Assembly: GCF_040938485.1 (NCBI RefSeq)
Contig: NW_027270975.1
Span: 2,170,001 to 2,234,000, forward strand
Reading direction: 5' to 3'
Source of the DNA: Diadema antillarum
Lineage: Eukaryota
DNA length: 64,000 bases
Numbering within the stretch: position 1 is the stretch's first letter; each line of letters opens with the position of its first letter. A model generated the notes under the pieces. That model saw only the letters and a list, made by a program, of their open reading frames with translations, did not search any database and had not been told where the DNA came from. Position numbers and translations under genes: made by a program. Below are positions 27,132 through 40,091 of this stretch, in pieces.

Positions 27132-27516
27132 CATTTTATCCTCTCAGCAAGCTGAAATAACGATTTATGTGACCTTATAAGCTAAAAAAAAAATCAAAAA
27201 CAACAATCCCAAAATACATGAGACACATCAAAAAAATTCAAATCCAAGTAATGTTATCATTAATGCTTTCTGTGACAGGAAGTATTTCTTTCATTGCTAC
27301 CAGCCAATTTGCCTATCTTAATCTACTTGAAATATTTTCATTGCAGTATAAAGTGTCACAAGAACTCAGGAACCCAACCAACAACATTTCACTGCCAATC
27401 ATTGTAGCTTCTGCATGAGCTCACCACTAGAGGGCAGCAAAGCATTTTCAGAGTGCAGCCAGATCTCTTGGGGCACACAGACCAACACTGCTGGGTGCAA
27501 GAGCTGAGCACAGAAC

Positions 27517-27610
27517 ATAACCTGTTGAAAACTAGTTCCTGAGTATACTCGGGCAAGTGTCTATGGGAAATGCGTGTAATCGGAATATCAGCTTGTCCTA
27601 TATGGGTTAA
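27517..27610. mobile_element. second copy of the piggyBac-like 94-bp MITE
   Basis: ATAACCTGTTGA...CCTGAGTATACTCGGGCAAGTGTCTATGGGAAA...CAGCTTGTCCTATATGGGTTAA aligns with 1-85. Confidence 0.6.
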
Positions 27611-30600
27611 TCTGTCTGTTATTTTTTATGCTATACTGAAACAAATCAATTCACCTCTACCTCTATCTCAAGCTTGCTCTTTTATATTTTCCAGACCAAC
27701 TTTGACCCATCACACTCATTTTCTTCACTTGGTTTAAACACACAAATTGTTCAATAATACCTTCTGTAGCATTAATAAAGAACTTCTTTCAGAGAATGAC
27801 TTACAGCCAATGACAGGTGTAATGTGTGTTTGTATGCATACAAGGCGTGCATCATGCTTGATATTTACATATTTTCAGATGAGAGATATTTTAGTGCCAA
27901 AATGAAATTCTTTCACTTCCCTCAGGTTAATACAGTATTTAACTATCATTATCTTATCTATTCCTTCTTGTGACTGCAGAGAATAATGCTCACATGCTAG
28001 TCCCCATTATCCCCTCCCCAATAAAAAAAGAACAACACCATGAATGATGAGTGTTCAGCAATACAACAAAACATTGCATATTCAGCATATGAAAAAGATA
28101 CATGTAACCATCTATATCATCTTGAATTAAACTAGGCAATATGCTTTCATTGACTGTGACTTTAAATTTCAACAATTGTTGTCTACAAAGTCTGCACACC
28201 AAGAATATCTTATTTCTAATCACATTCAAAATCTAGCTAAATGCTTAAAAGTATATCTAGTGTTAGAATCTTAGACTGATTTTGGTATCTGCCACAAATG
28301 TCCAAGAGCTTCAGGCCAATTAAACAACAACTGGGTATATCAACCCGTTCCTCATGGGAACCTGATGGGAACCTGGTATACCATGTTCCCAAAATGTAGA
28401 CAAAAGTGCCTGCATTAGTGGCTGAAATTTATGTTAATTTGTGTTATGCTTCCGAGAAAAGTGACTTATTTAAGTGGATGGCATACACTTGAACCAAGAC
28501 TAGTGACATCAAACCTTCAAAAAGATTAGAGTTTCTTCTATCAATATTCGTTTTCTTTCTGTATGAAAACTGCATGTACGGCAGTATAATTTGCCCCTTT
28601 TCCAATGTAGTGCATGCTTGTTTTGTGATTAAAATTGTAAGAAGTACATAGCCATCAGGGCTGAGCTCAGTAGATATTTGCTTTCGCTGACCCCATTCAT
28701 GTGTCTCTTTTGTGTATCAAAAGAGTTTGTGAACCCATCAGTGCATGCTCTGTTCATACTTCAAGTCTTATCGATATTTTCATTGTTTGATGGCACATGA
28801 AGTTGACCATGGAAAGGTGGATACTATGTACCGCTTGACTGCTTTTGCACAGGTGGATTACCAACCTGTCTGTTCTCTGTCAATGGGGAAAAAGAATCTC
28901 ATTTGGGGGCCTTGAAGGCTCTTGTAGAATAGTGGGAGAAATGGCATACACAAATGCATCCACAAATAATTCACTCCACAGTAAAAATAAAAAAAGTCTC
29001 GCTTAAAAAAGGAATGGTAAGATGTCAATACACCTAGAGGTCTATTTTCACAGTGGAAGGTGAACTGAACTGATATCAAAATCTAGCAGCAATGACAGTC
29101 ATGTTACCGTTGATAAGTCAGTCCATTGCACAATAATTGAGCTGACCATATAACATTCATATCAGTTTTCAATTCACAAATTTTACAGAACTGTTACCTT
29201 TGTTTCTATCATCACTCTTTTACATGATTTCCTTTGAATAAGAGCAATCGTACTGAAAATTGCTGTCTAAACAAGTAAATATCATTTAGAGTCAAGTCAC
29301 ACCTCATGTATGAACTGTAATGAATTCGAAATCTACCTATTACTTATATTACCGTTACTATTAACACAATGTCATTAATGCATAAGGGCTTGTTGACTGA
29401 TACAAAGAGACTACATGTACGTCACCTGTTGGACTGTCAATGCATTGGTACTCAAATCAAAGCAAAGTGCATCCCACATAAAACCTAGAAAAGTGTCATT
29501 TAATGGTTACGAAGCCTAAATGTCCATGATGTGTTTGAGCACTAGGTCAATTTGAATTGAAGTTGCAACTGACAATCATATCAAACATATTCTGCAAACA
29601 TGGATGTGAATATGAGAGCCTAGTACAATTGTTTTTATCTATAATAATAATAATTATGCACGCAATTTTGAATGTTAGAAAACAGGGCAACCCAATTTTG
29701 CATGTTTCCTTGTCTTTCTTTTTATCTACACTGAGTCTCAAGAAAACATTTTATGAGTATATCAAAGCTACTGTTGGATTTTGAAAAAACAGCAAAGCTT
29801 TGCAATACATCTAATGATTCTACAACTGTACTTAGGTGCAAGGGTAGACAAACAGAAGACACAGGTAAAACTCTGGTCAACTGCTCACTTCTGCTTAATA
29901 ATAAACCACCTAAAACAAACATATATTTCATAAAAAAAACAAACAACAACAACAATCCAGGCCAAGGTATATGGTACACATGATGACAATGAAGACATAT
30001 AGTTTATGTATACAGCATCGACATAGAAGCAGTTGAACAGATTGCACTGCTTGAAATTTGCCTTGTATATTAGCCTGACCAGACCGCTGTGCACAGCACA
30101 GCAGTCTGACATGTACTAGTGTTTAAACGTACGTAAACGACCGTCGCTTTTGACGGCAAGACCACAAAAATGTCTTTTATTTTGTTTGATTTTAACAGTA
30201 ATACCACCCACCTATATTGTATGTTGCTGATGGTTGAGTTGAATTTGGTGTTTTGTTGGTATCCAAACCTTATTGTTGAATTTTTCGGAGTAGATTGTGC
30301 GATGATTCACAAAATAAACGAACAGCCACGAACGCTCAACCCGAGGTACCGTGTTAGCATTTTACGTACGCCCGTGCGTTTCGTGAGCTACGTAAAGCTT
30401 GTCGTCTTCTACCATGTATTTCCGCGCGTGCTGCTCTCATGATTTGACGTCACTCCGACTACCTCCGACTACCTACGTTGTAGCATAGGAGAGTGATTGC
30501 CATTCAATAACACGCAGAAGATGAGGAGTGAAGCAATACGGACGCTCACAGACCTGATTTTAAGGACGGATTTCGGTAGGTTTTTGACGTAATAAAAAAA

Positions 30601-30739
30601 AAATACGCATACCGATTATTGGATGATTATCATAGATTACGGGGATTCCTTATATTTTAGTTTTCCACGATTAAAAAAGATATTCATGAAAGAGTCGCAC
30701 AACCACCACTGAAAAATGACAACGTCTGCGAAGGAGTAG

Positions 30740-30778
30740 ACGTGCAGCCGCTGTCGCTTTGCGACAGCGGCTGCGTGT
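30740..30778. repeat. GC-rich perfect hairpin
   Basis: GCAGCCGCTGTCGC-TTT-GCGACAGCGGCTGC: a 14-bp perfect stem at 30744-30774, extendable by G.T pairs. Confidence 0.9.
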
Positions 30779-31182
30779 AGTTACCTTGTATATATGAATT
30801 ATGAATGACACAGAAAATATGCCTGAAAATAGATGGAATTCCATCAGAGGTTGCCCTCAAGGCCAAGCTGCACAGAATACCTGTCGCTGCAATTATGCTT
30901 GCTGCTTCATTCCAAGCTCTCTCTAACTAGACTCGAACTACAGTGTGCTAGCTAGTCGAACAACATTATGATTATCAGTAAATTTACATCTAGATCTAGA
31001 GTAACTGCGTCAGTAAGCGGCCGTGCAGCCGTTTGCGGCAGGTACAACATACACGGTAATATACAGCTAAACACAGCATTGCTCTGTTACATGCACACTA
31101 CACATATACTAACACACTAGCAATCAACAAAAACCAACCGATAAAATGGGCACGATCTCTGACGAAAGTGAAATTTTCTTAC

Positions 31183-31560
31183 CTAAATGACAACATATCG
31201 CATCCAAAATTAAATTTCCGGTACTTCTTAACATAACAGTTAAGAAACAATGGTCCGAGAAACTGGATTTTTTGTCGTTTTCTCGATGTTCATGGATTTT
31301 GAAAACATGTCCTCACGTAAAATAGAATTTTCGCGAGCCGATGTGGGCCGCCATTTTTTTCGGAAAGTGGATGTTACCATCGGAAAAAAATGAGAAAAAC
31401 ACGAGAAAGACATCAACAACACCGCCAGAATCGCGATCTTGTTTGCGGCCAATGCATGTGCGCACGCTATTTTCACGTGCTTTCGCAATGGGAATTGGCG
31501 CTTACGCAATGTTCGCGAGACATGTGAAGGCGTTCAGCTGAAGATCGCGGAGCACGCGCG
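31183..31560 (-). promoter_or_regulatory. candidate TATA-less CpG-rich promoter and non-coding first exon of a leftward transcript
   Basis: High CpG density at about 30.1-33.0 kb. YY1 motif GCCGCCATTTT (31347-31357, reads AAAATGGCGGC on -). ETS core CCGGAA (31216-31221). Strong - strand donor TAG|GTAAGA with the exon ending at 31183. Confidence 0.5.
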
Positions 31561-34500
31561 TATTGCATAGGGATTGTACATCGTGCCGCAAGCAGAAATA
31601 CTACGTCGCATATCGCCCTTATCGGCGAAAATTGTGCCGGGTTTTGCCCTCGTAAATCATGAAAACTGCGTTGGTCAATGGTAAATTTCTTTCATGAAAA
31701 CAATTGCGTTAATGAATAATCTTGTCTATGATATACGAAATGGTTGAAAATAATTTGCCTGGTTTGTTTACAAGTTGGAAAAACCTTTAACAATGCTTAA
31801 ACTGCCGCAAACGGGATATTTTACTCTAGATCTAGTAAATATACAATTATACCCATGCATACACACCTTAGTTATGATGTGATTTTACGCGCGTCTAGCT
31901 CTTTTAATCATCAAGAAATACCGTTAGCTTCCAATATGCACGTTACCAAATTTTGCGTTTAGCCCGGCACATGGATATGGAAATGTTAGCAGTAGTAGAT
32001 TATTGGGACAAGACACGTTCTCCGACCGTTACTATCAACACGGCCACAGCGCACATGGGCTTTCAACGGAGATTACACATCACTCCAGCGGGCTAGTTCA
32101 GGGTAATACTAACAGTACACCGCCCACACAGGCGCGTAGCTCAGCGGCATTTGACAAGGGACTGTGCCGTCAGCACACTCACGTACTATCGCTTGAAATA
32201 TCACCATTAGGTAGGCAAAATATTACTTGTAGGTATCTAAAACTGCACCTAGATATACAAAGATACTTTCGGTATACCTACCGAATGAAATCCAGCCCAA
32301 CTGCATCCTCATTTCGAAATTTTAGATCGAATGCTGCCGGAGAATTTTCACGTACAGGTCACAGATGGGCAGGTTTATTTACTTGTCAATGGACAAATTC
32401 ATTCTTCATGATGGGGGAGTTTTGAGGAACGTATAGAAAATGATCACAGAAATGCATGTATATCGTTCATTACACATCTGCAGTCAGTAAATGCAGTTTC
32501 CGAATAACGTCAGTACCATTTTAACGATCTAACATTGGCATAACTTCCACAATTCTTAAAAAATTGTTTATCATTGTGCCTTCAGTCATATTAGAAGCTT
32601 CTAACCCGGGGATGACCCCAAGAGTTCACGCATGCGTATATTGCACGTGTGTGTTGAAGCTGTCACGATTATGGTATCGGTACGAACACGGAAGGGGAAC
32701 GAGAGAGAGGCATACAATATTTCTTTCTTGTACCGGAATTCTAACTTATCTACGGAGATACATGAAACACTGTGAGGGATTTTTTTGGAAGCATCAAGTT
32801 CCGAGGATTTCTAAGTGGAGATAGAGCTCGGTTTGCCGCTCACCCCAGTGACTATCGTTCCAACTAGCAACTTGTACAGGTAGGGACCGAGATTGTTTTG
32901 TCACTTCGCACACAATAGTCCAATACATTCACATCGCACTGCACACTGCAGCTAGCCGGCGAACGAACGGGGATGTTGGGTACGCACACCCACCGCGGAG
33001 CAAGTATACCACTACCTACAACAAGTATACCCTTTGAAAGCGCGGTAGATTGTGCAATTGTAAGCGATTGTTTGACATTATTCTCCCATGCATTGCTGTG
33101 TGGTTTCCCTTTTCTTTTGTGGTTATGGGCAGGAATGTGCAGTGTGCCATGGCAACTCAGTTTACTTTAGATATATGCCTGTAGAGTTTGAAGACAGATG
33201 CATTAGAATTAAGGAATCATTTCTGGAATTTCACGCTGCAATGCCCTTCACATCCAGTTAGAAACCACCTTCAGCTTTTAAAATACTACAAACAATAGGA
33301 TAGACCACCTTGTCTTGACAGATCAGAAGTAAAATATAACTAAAGCCAAACAAGCAAAGGCAGTTTATTCAGGAAGTGCTGAAATGCTAAATTCTTCTTT
33401 TAAAAGGATATTTATCTAACTGATAATATATTTGAGTGTTTGACTGATGATTTATTGATGACATATTTCTTTAAGACTGAAAGATCAGTCAGTGTTTATC
33501 GTCGGGGAATTTTATAACTTTTTTTACCTTTGACAGTTCTCCTAAGAACAGACAGATTTTTGTATCTATTTCTTCCTCAGACAGAAAAATTTGTCTGTCC
33601 GGAGGAGTCTTATAATTTTTTGACTTTTACGGCTCTCCTCCATTTTGTGAAGCCAGACGTAGTCTCTGCGGAACACATCCCCTGCAACAAGATACAGAGC
33701 GATCTTTTGGTCACTTCTTTTCTATGTATACTTCTGTAAATTTAAAAACTTTATTACGTAATATTGCAAGGTTATTGAAAGGTAGCGTGAACTGAATTAA
33801 TGAAATCAACACAAGTAATTGTGTAGTTTAGCTGGACTTGTGAAATGCTTGAATCCAAAAGATATTCACATTTTCTTACCAACCAACTACGCTACATCAT
33901 GATAAAGAGTCGGTTACATGTAATGTGTAGACTCTACACTGCCTGCAATGTCAAGAAATTGCCGAACATTTTACCTTATACCTGTGCTAACATGGCATTA
34001 CGCTCTTAGTCTGACACATTGAAATTAAACTATCATACATTGTATGTTGTACCTTTGTCAATCCTCTGTAATTTACTAATATCCCTGAAATAAGACTGCT
34101 GAAATTATTCTGCTTCGGTTATGATAGTGGACAGGGAAATGGGTTTTAAAGTGCAAAGAATAATATAACGATACAGTATCAGCAGAAGACTTCTCTTTTT
34201 CTTTTTAGAATATTTTCAAAGACCTACAAATAGCATGTTGTAGATTACAGTAGGACCTCGATTATCTGGCCATCGATTATATATCCAGGTTCTCTGTTAT
34301 CCAGATGTCGACTGACTGACATTTTAATTTATGTTTTCATGTATTTTGTGTCAAATCGCAGTTAAAACAAACACACGTTCAACCATTATCATGTGAATAC
34401 ACGATGGGACATACTCCAATCATTGTCGCGGACTGTAAATATTAGTTCAGTTTGTGGGATGATGTCAAAGACTGGTGCCGCACTTGTCACTGGCACTGGG

Positions 34501-34584
34501 TGCACATCACAGGTTAGAGTACAATACAGCAGCAGTATTCGACGAGTCACAATATTGAACTCACTGGCGGTCACCCTCAAAATA

Positions 34585-35272
34585 GAGTAAAACCATCAAC
34601 TGTTTTCTATTTCTCACCATTTAAAAGCTAATAGGCCCTACATAGATATTTCCGGTTTTGATTGGCGGCCATTTTGGCGGCCATCTTGAATATCTCAATA
34701 CCCTCAAGGATGCAAGGAGTTGCATCATCCAGATTCGGATTCAGCACGCATCCAAACAGGGTAAAAACATCAATTGTTTTGAATCTCTCACCATTTAGAA
34801 GGAAATACATCAGAATATCTCGTTTTAATTGGCAGCCATTTCGGCGGCCATTTTGGCGGCCATCTTGAATATCTCAAAATCCTCAAGGATGCAAGAGTTG
34901 CATCATTCACTATTCGGATTCAGCACCCTCGAAATAGGGTAAAACCATCAATTGTTTTCAATATCTCACCTTTTAGAAGGAAATACGTGGGAATTTCCGG
35001 TTTTGGCGGCCATTTTGGCGGCCATCTTGAATATCTCAAAATCCGCAAGGATGCAAGAGTTGCATCATCCAGATTCGGATTCAGCACCCTCGAAACAGGG
35101 TAAATCCATCAATTGTTTTCAATATCTCACCATTTAGAAGGAAATACGTGGGAATTTCCGGTTTTGACGGCCATTTTGGCGGCCATCTTGAATATCTCAA
35201 AACCCTCAAGGATGCAAGAGTTGCATCATCCAGATTCGGATTCAGCACCCCCGAAATAGGGTAAAACCATCA
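34585..35272. repeat. tandem array of about 161-bp units (about 4.3 copies) carrying repeated GGCGGCCAT(T/C)TTG motifs
   Basis: GGCGGCCATCTTGAATATCTC recurs at 34676, 34855, 35017 and 35178 (spacing 179, 162, 161). The last units are near-identical. Confidence 0.95.
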
Positions 35273-35339
35273 AAAAACATTGGGTGGACGGTAAAACAAG
35301 GTTAGGCCCAAAAAGTGGCTTTGGCACCCAGACTATATT

Positions 35340-35484
35340 ACAGGATATTTCGATTGAAGCTGATATGGTATTTATTAAACTTAGAATGGCATGAGTTGTG
35401 TTATGTTTTTCTCTAAAGCCAAATTGGGAGTCAGATATGATGTTGTGAGATTCAAGGAAGGTAGTTGTCCTTGAATGAACAATT
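35340..35484 (-). mobile_element. LINE reverse-transcriptase fragment (L2/CR1-like)
   Basis: Translates IVHSRTTTFLESHNIISDSQFGFREKHNTTHAILSLINTISASIE, matching the QFGFR..HST.HA motif of non-LTR RT. Confidence 0.8.
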
Positions 35485-35489
35485 GAAAT

Positions 35490-35736
35490 GTGTAGTTTTT
35501 TCAAAAAATATAATTTTGAGAGATTCTCTTTATATCTTCCTTATATTGTTCTACGCATATGACATTATACACTGTAGTAGCCTTCTCATCCAGCAGTAAC
35601 TGCGCAGATACTTTAAAAATAATTCATAAGTTTCGAACGGATTGTCATATTCTCCCCAAACTTTCACTGCTGTGTTCTACTAACATTGCTGCATTCACTA
35701 AGTCCACGTGACTGGGAAGGTGGACTTGTCCTTTAC
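35490..35736 (-). mobile_element. fragment of a (T)TAAAGGACAAG-ended MITE family
   Basis: On - it begins GTAAAGGACAAGTCCACCTTC and contains GAACACAGCAGTGAAAGTTTGGGGAG..ACAATCCGTTCG, homologous to 46440-46480 and 46530-46600 on +. Confidence 0.55.
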
Positions 35737-37119
35737 TGGCAAAGTCTGCATGGGCAAAGTCAGAGACTAGAAGGTTCTGGGCACACTATATCTGGCGCCC
35801 TCTACGGATTTTGTCATACATAGTCCACCCACAGTTCTGTGAGTCCACCATGGAGTCTGTCATGTCTGTTATTGTTACATTTGAAGTGCCACTGCTCGCC
35901 ATAACACACAATCTCCTTGCATTTAATCGATTAGTATTTTCCTTTTTGTACAACTTTGCTCAGATGTCAGCGGAACATTTTCTCATAATAACTTCACCAA
36001 TTATGTGCACATCATTCTTTCCTTTAGATCAAGAATCGTTAGTTGTGTGGGGGTTTCTTTTTATAATGACGTCGCAGTAAATGTTAATGTTTCGCGTTTA
36101 TTTCCTTCGTATCAGAAAGTTCACACATTCAAGGTTCAACAGTATGGAAGAGTGTTGAATTCACTCAGAAATGCCACACCAATGTCAGTGATACCACGAT
36201 GATAATCACTGGTACGTTGAAAATTGGAAAAGCGCTATGTCCAGTTTACCTTACACCTCGGTGCCCAAAGTGCCTTATACACGTACAGTTCATAACCCCT
36301 AAAACATAAAAGAAAAAGGTTTTTTAAAAAGTAACAAACGAACAAAAACGAAAGGAAAAAGAAATGCATTGCACTGTGTTCTTTTTTCCTTTAGAGCAAG
36401 AAGTCTGAAATAATTTCAGTGAAAATACGCAGTTCTACTACGTATGCCTCATGATTATTGTTGCGATTCGGAATTGTATAGCTATACCAATATAGCCATG
36501 AAGACAGGCAGGGGAAATACCTTTGAGGTGTTTTTGTTTTGTGTTTTGGGGTTTGGGGGGGGGGGGGGGTTTCTACTTGGAGTAGCTAATAAATGTGCAG
36601 CGGATATCAAAATTGGTTCTAGCATGTACACAACAGCTTCGGTTTGCAGTAACACCAATTGCCAATTAGACCTGTCATTAAAATGCTTTTTTTTTTTGAA
36701 TGGGCATAAAATTATGCCGTCTGGTCTAATATACACAGAAACGAGTGCAACATGTAGTCATTTGTCTTTCCTATTGGCAACGTATTATCACAATGTTTTT
36801 GGTGTCTCTTAATTGGTGTCCTGACTCCTGAGAAAGAAGTTGGTAAGTCGCGAAAAAAAGTTTTGGGCCATGTTCTGAACTTCTGGTAACTTTTTCTGTG
36901 AACATTAATCATATAGCCTGCGCTTATCTATACTTACATTCATATTCATAGCGAAGAAGTCAGGAAGAACTTGAGCTATGTAAGCTGATCACCTCTCCAA
37001 TTTATTGACATCGAGCAAAATTAATGGCACAGTACCGTGTATCATGAGAAATGCAGTGGCGCTGGACGTCTCGAAAAGTCGTAAACGTGCATGGGCCTTG
37101 AGGTCTATATACTCAGTAT

Positions 37120-37268
37120 CCATTACAATGTATCATCACTGGAAGGTTTCACAATTGAATACTCTTTTCATTCCACAGTTTCTCTTTTACCTTATTCTCT
37201 GTTAGGAAAGAAAGTGACTATGTATATGTTTTCCTCAAAAAATGAAATAAATGTGAAATGAACTGAAT
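37120..37268 (+). mobile_element. LINE-type 3' tail (AATAAA + TGAA repeats), copy 1
   Basis: ACCTTATTCTCTGTTA..AAAGAAAGTGA..ATGT..ATGTT..AAAAATGAAATAAA..TGAA.TGAA shared with 47170-47330. Confidence 0.55.
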
Positions 37269-37898
37269 ACTTTCACTATAAACAGACACATTCTTGGTAA
37301 GAGTGATGGTATTATTACTTATACATGTACTGACATTCACGACCGCCATGCATGAATATGGGTGTAATAAGAAACCCGAGTCTATTCCTGTACTTTTTAT
37401 GCTCTTTTAAATCATGATTATCATTATTTCTTGATGAATACGGTAAATCATGTGAAAGAAAGTAAGTTTGTTGGAGGCTTGTAAAAACCTTGATGCTTCA
37501 AATTTTGTGCATGTATAACTAGCGGTTGAAGAGATTTTTTTTCTTTTGCCGTTGCTCATTCAGTTCCGATTAGAATTTAGAATTTTCCTATGTACTCTGT
37601 CACTCCGAGATCGTCATCCCGTCAAGTATATAGTGCTTAGTAATGACGGCCTCCTCCGCTTGTACTTCGAAATATGAAATGTTTACATAACACTTTTTTT
37701 TTCATGTACCTGTATGTCTTTGTATGTCATGAGCAAGTTTAATTATCACTGATTTTGTCATAATAGTTGATTATTGTCTTTGATCCATTACTCACCGACA
37801 TTCACTTGTCATGCATTCTCTTATACTTTGTCCGATTTCCTACATAACCATTCGAGAAAAAAAAGGATGCATAAATTTGCTTAATGTTTCCACTGTCA

Positions 37899-37903
37899 TG
37901 TGT

Positions 37904-37939
<36 letters not shown>

Positions 37940-37985
37940 GTGTGTGTGTATGTGTGTGTGTGCGTGTATGTGTGTGAGAGTGTGT
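37899..37985. repeat. (GT)n microsatellite
   Basis: About 40 interrupted GT units; source of the HT/CV-repeat ORFs. Confidence 0.95.
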
Positions 37986-39127
37986 TTGTGAAAAGTCCGT
38001 GCGATGACATTACAGCTATATGGTGACATTTCGCATACACATTATGGAAGATTGACGTAAAGCTACGACAAGCAAACATAGTTTGCATGTGTGTGTGCCC
38101 TATTATACTTGAGATATTTCTTCATAATGGTAAATTAATCCTGCGCCTAACCCTCTCCGAGCTACAACAACCTCTGAATTCTATTACCATCGCGCGTAAC
38201 AGTCTCGCCTTTGGAAATGACTGGGTTAAGGACCCTCTTTAAGGCCAAAGCGGAATAGGGATCAATTTTGTTGACCTAAGAATCGATCCGCCATTGTTTA
38301 CCAGCCTCAGGGCTGCCTGCCTGACTAAATATCACGCTTGAAGTAGAACAAAACGGGTGTAATTACAGAAGGCGCGAGTAAAGTAATCAAGGGGTCGGTA
38401 AGATCGCGCATGGAGAAAGCGCTCTTGAGAAAAGACACCATGATGGATATTAATATATTCCTTGTTTAAAAACTGCATGCCGTGGCATAGGCTTGGTGAC
38501 GGCTGTCTTGGAGGTTCGCTCGATCTTCTGATAGGAGTAACATTCACCTAGTAAAAGGTCCCAAAATCATGAGCTCGCACACATTCGTCATAATCGGTAA
38601 GTCGCTATTGTTCTTACTTTTTTCGGCCGTGGTTACCTGCAAACAATAATAAAGGGCTTCAACAATGGTCCTGCTCCCACAGCTCACCGGGATTTTGGTA
38701 CACGGATACAATCTCTGCAAGTCAAGTCGAATATGGTCGATTCAGGTTAACATACGTCAATCTTACAATAACATCTTCTTCTCCTCAATCAACTTTGTAT
38801 CCTCTGTAATATCACGTTTTAGATACAATTGCCATCTGCAGTGCTCTTGTTCAACTTTGAGGGGACCTTCTTTTTTTGGTCAGGTTTGACCTTTTTCTCG
38901 CTTTTTGCTGTGTTTGTTGCTTATGCGGATGGAAAGTGGTTTCTTGTGGTAGTCACCGATGGTTTTTGAGGAGTTTGCTGCTGATTTCTCTGACTAGCAT
39001 TCTCGTGAAGAATGTAGCAGCAATCTAAAACTGAGCAACAGTCTAATCTTGTGTAAGTGAGAGAGGAAGAGAGACGTTGGAGCTGGTTGTACAGTCATTG
39101 CGACAATTTGTGGTTGGTTTTTGTTCC

Positions 39128-39164
39128 TTTGTTTGTTTGTTTGTTTGTTTGTTTGTTTGTTTGT
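39128..39164. repeat. (GTTT)n microsatellite
   Basis: About 9 units. Confidence 0.9.
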
Positions 39165-40077
39165 GTTTTCCTGGAGTGCAGATGCGAGTTCGACGGGCAG
39201 TTTGTCACTACTGATTTATGGCTGTGAAATAATTCATTATGTATCAATGAGAATCAGGCAAGAGTATGATATCCATATTGTGTAACAGATGAAATTTGTG
39301 GAAAGAAAATGTCGAAGAATGTTAACGTTTCTTCAACGTCGGGGTCTACATATCTGTGCTAGTCATATGATTCCACAATGCATCCAACATAATTATCTTT
39401 TCTTCTTTGCTGACGTCTAAATGTTGACAGGAAGTAACTCACGTGAATGACACTTGAGCATGTTCATAGACGTGACAATGTAGACAACTGTTGAGATAAA
39501 AGTAACAAACCTTACTACTTATATACGTTGAAATACAGAAGGTTGATAATCATGAAGATAATCACAATTTTCACGATGTTCAGGCCAATTGAATAAAATC
39601 ATTATAGGCCTATAAGGAGAAGAACAAGAACTAGACAAGATGGGGTATAGGAGAAGCAAGAAGAGAAGTTCAAGGAGAAAAAAAAAAAAAAGAAAAAGAG
39701 GAGAAATGTGTAAGAGAAAGGAAATGAGAGCATGGAGGTGAAAATTCAGTACATAACACTGTTCATGCTCAACTTATACGGTCTTTTGCAGCGAACGTAC
39801 TCGCTCTTTGCCACCCCCTCCCCCGTCATTGTTTCTATATAGTGATCTTATTCCGTCCTAATAATTTTCCCTGTAAATGTTGGTACAATCAATTACATTT
39901 ACAGCACTAAAGCCAGATCCATAACGGGACTTTTGGAACAGAACGTGATCGCATGATACTGTGATCATTATATTAATTGACGACGCTTAGTGAGGGCAGT
40001 TACTATCAATATGTCACTTATTCCTCATACCTACATAACACACGTCGCTTTGTACTCAGACCACCTGGGCTTATTGC

Positions 40078-40091
40078 GTTGCTATGGAGAC
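40078..40091. promoter_or_regulatory. RFX X-box GTTGCTATGGAGAC, candidate promoter of the 44580 ORF gene
   Basis: Classic X-box (reverse complement GTCTCCATAGCAAC) in a locally CpG-richer patch. + strand donor CTG|GTAAGT at 40347/40348 downstream. Confidence 0.5.

Noticed and set aside
32130-32180. tRNA-like start GCGCGTAGCTCAGCGG
   Set aside because: There is no B-box, T-arm or acceptor-stem partner downstream.
34585-35272. CRISPR-like or coding reading of the 161-bp array
   Set aside because: Whole units repeat with no variable spacers, and the ORFs are short and frame-shifting.
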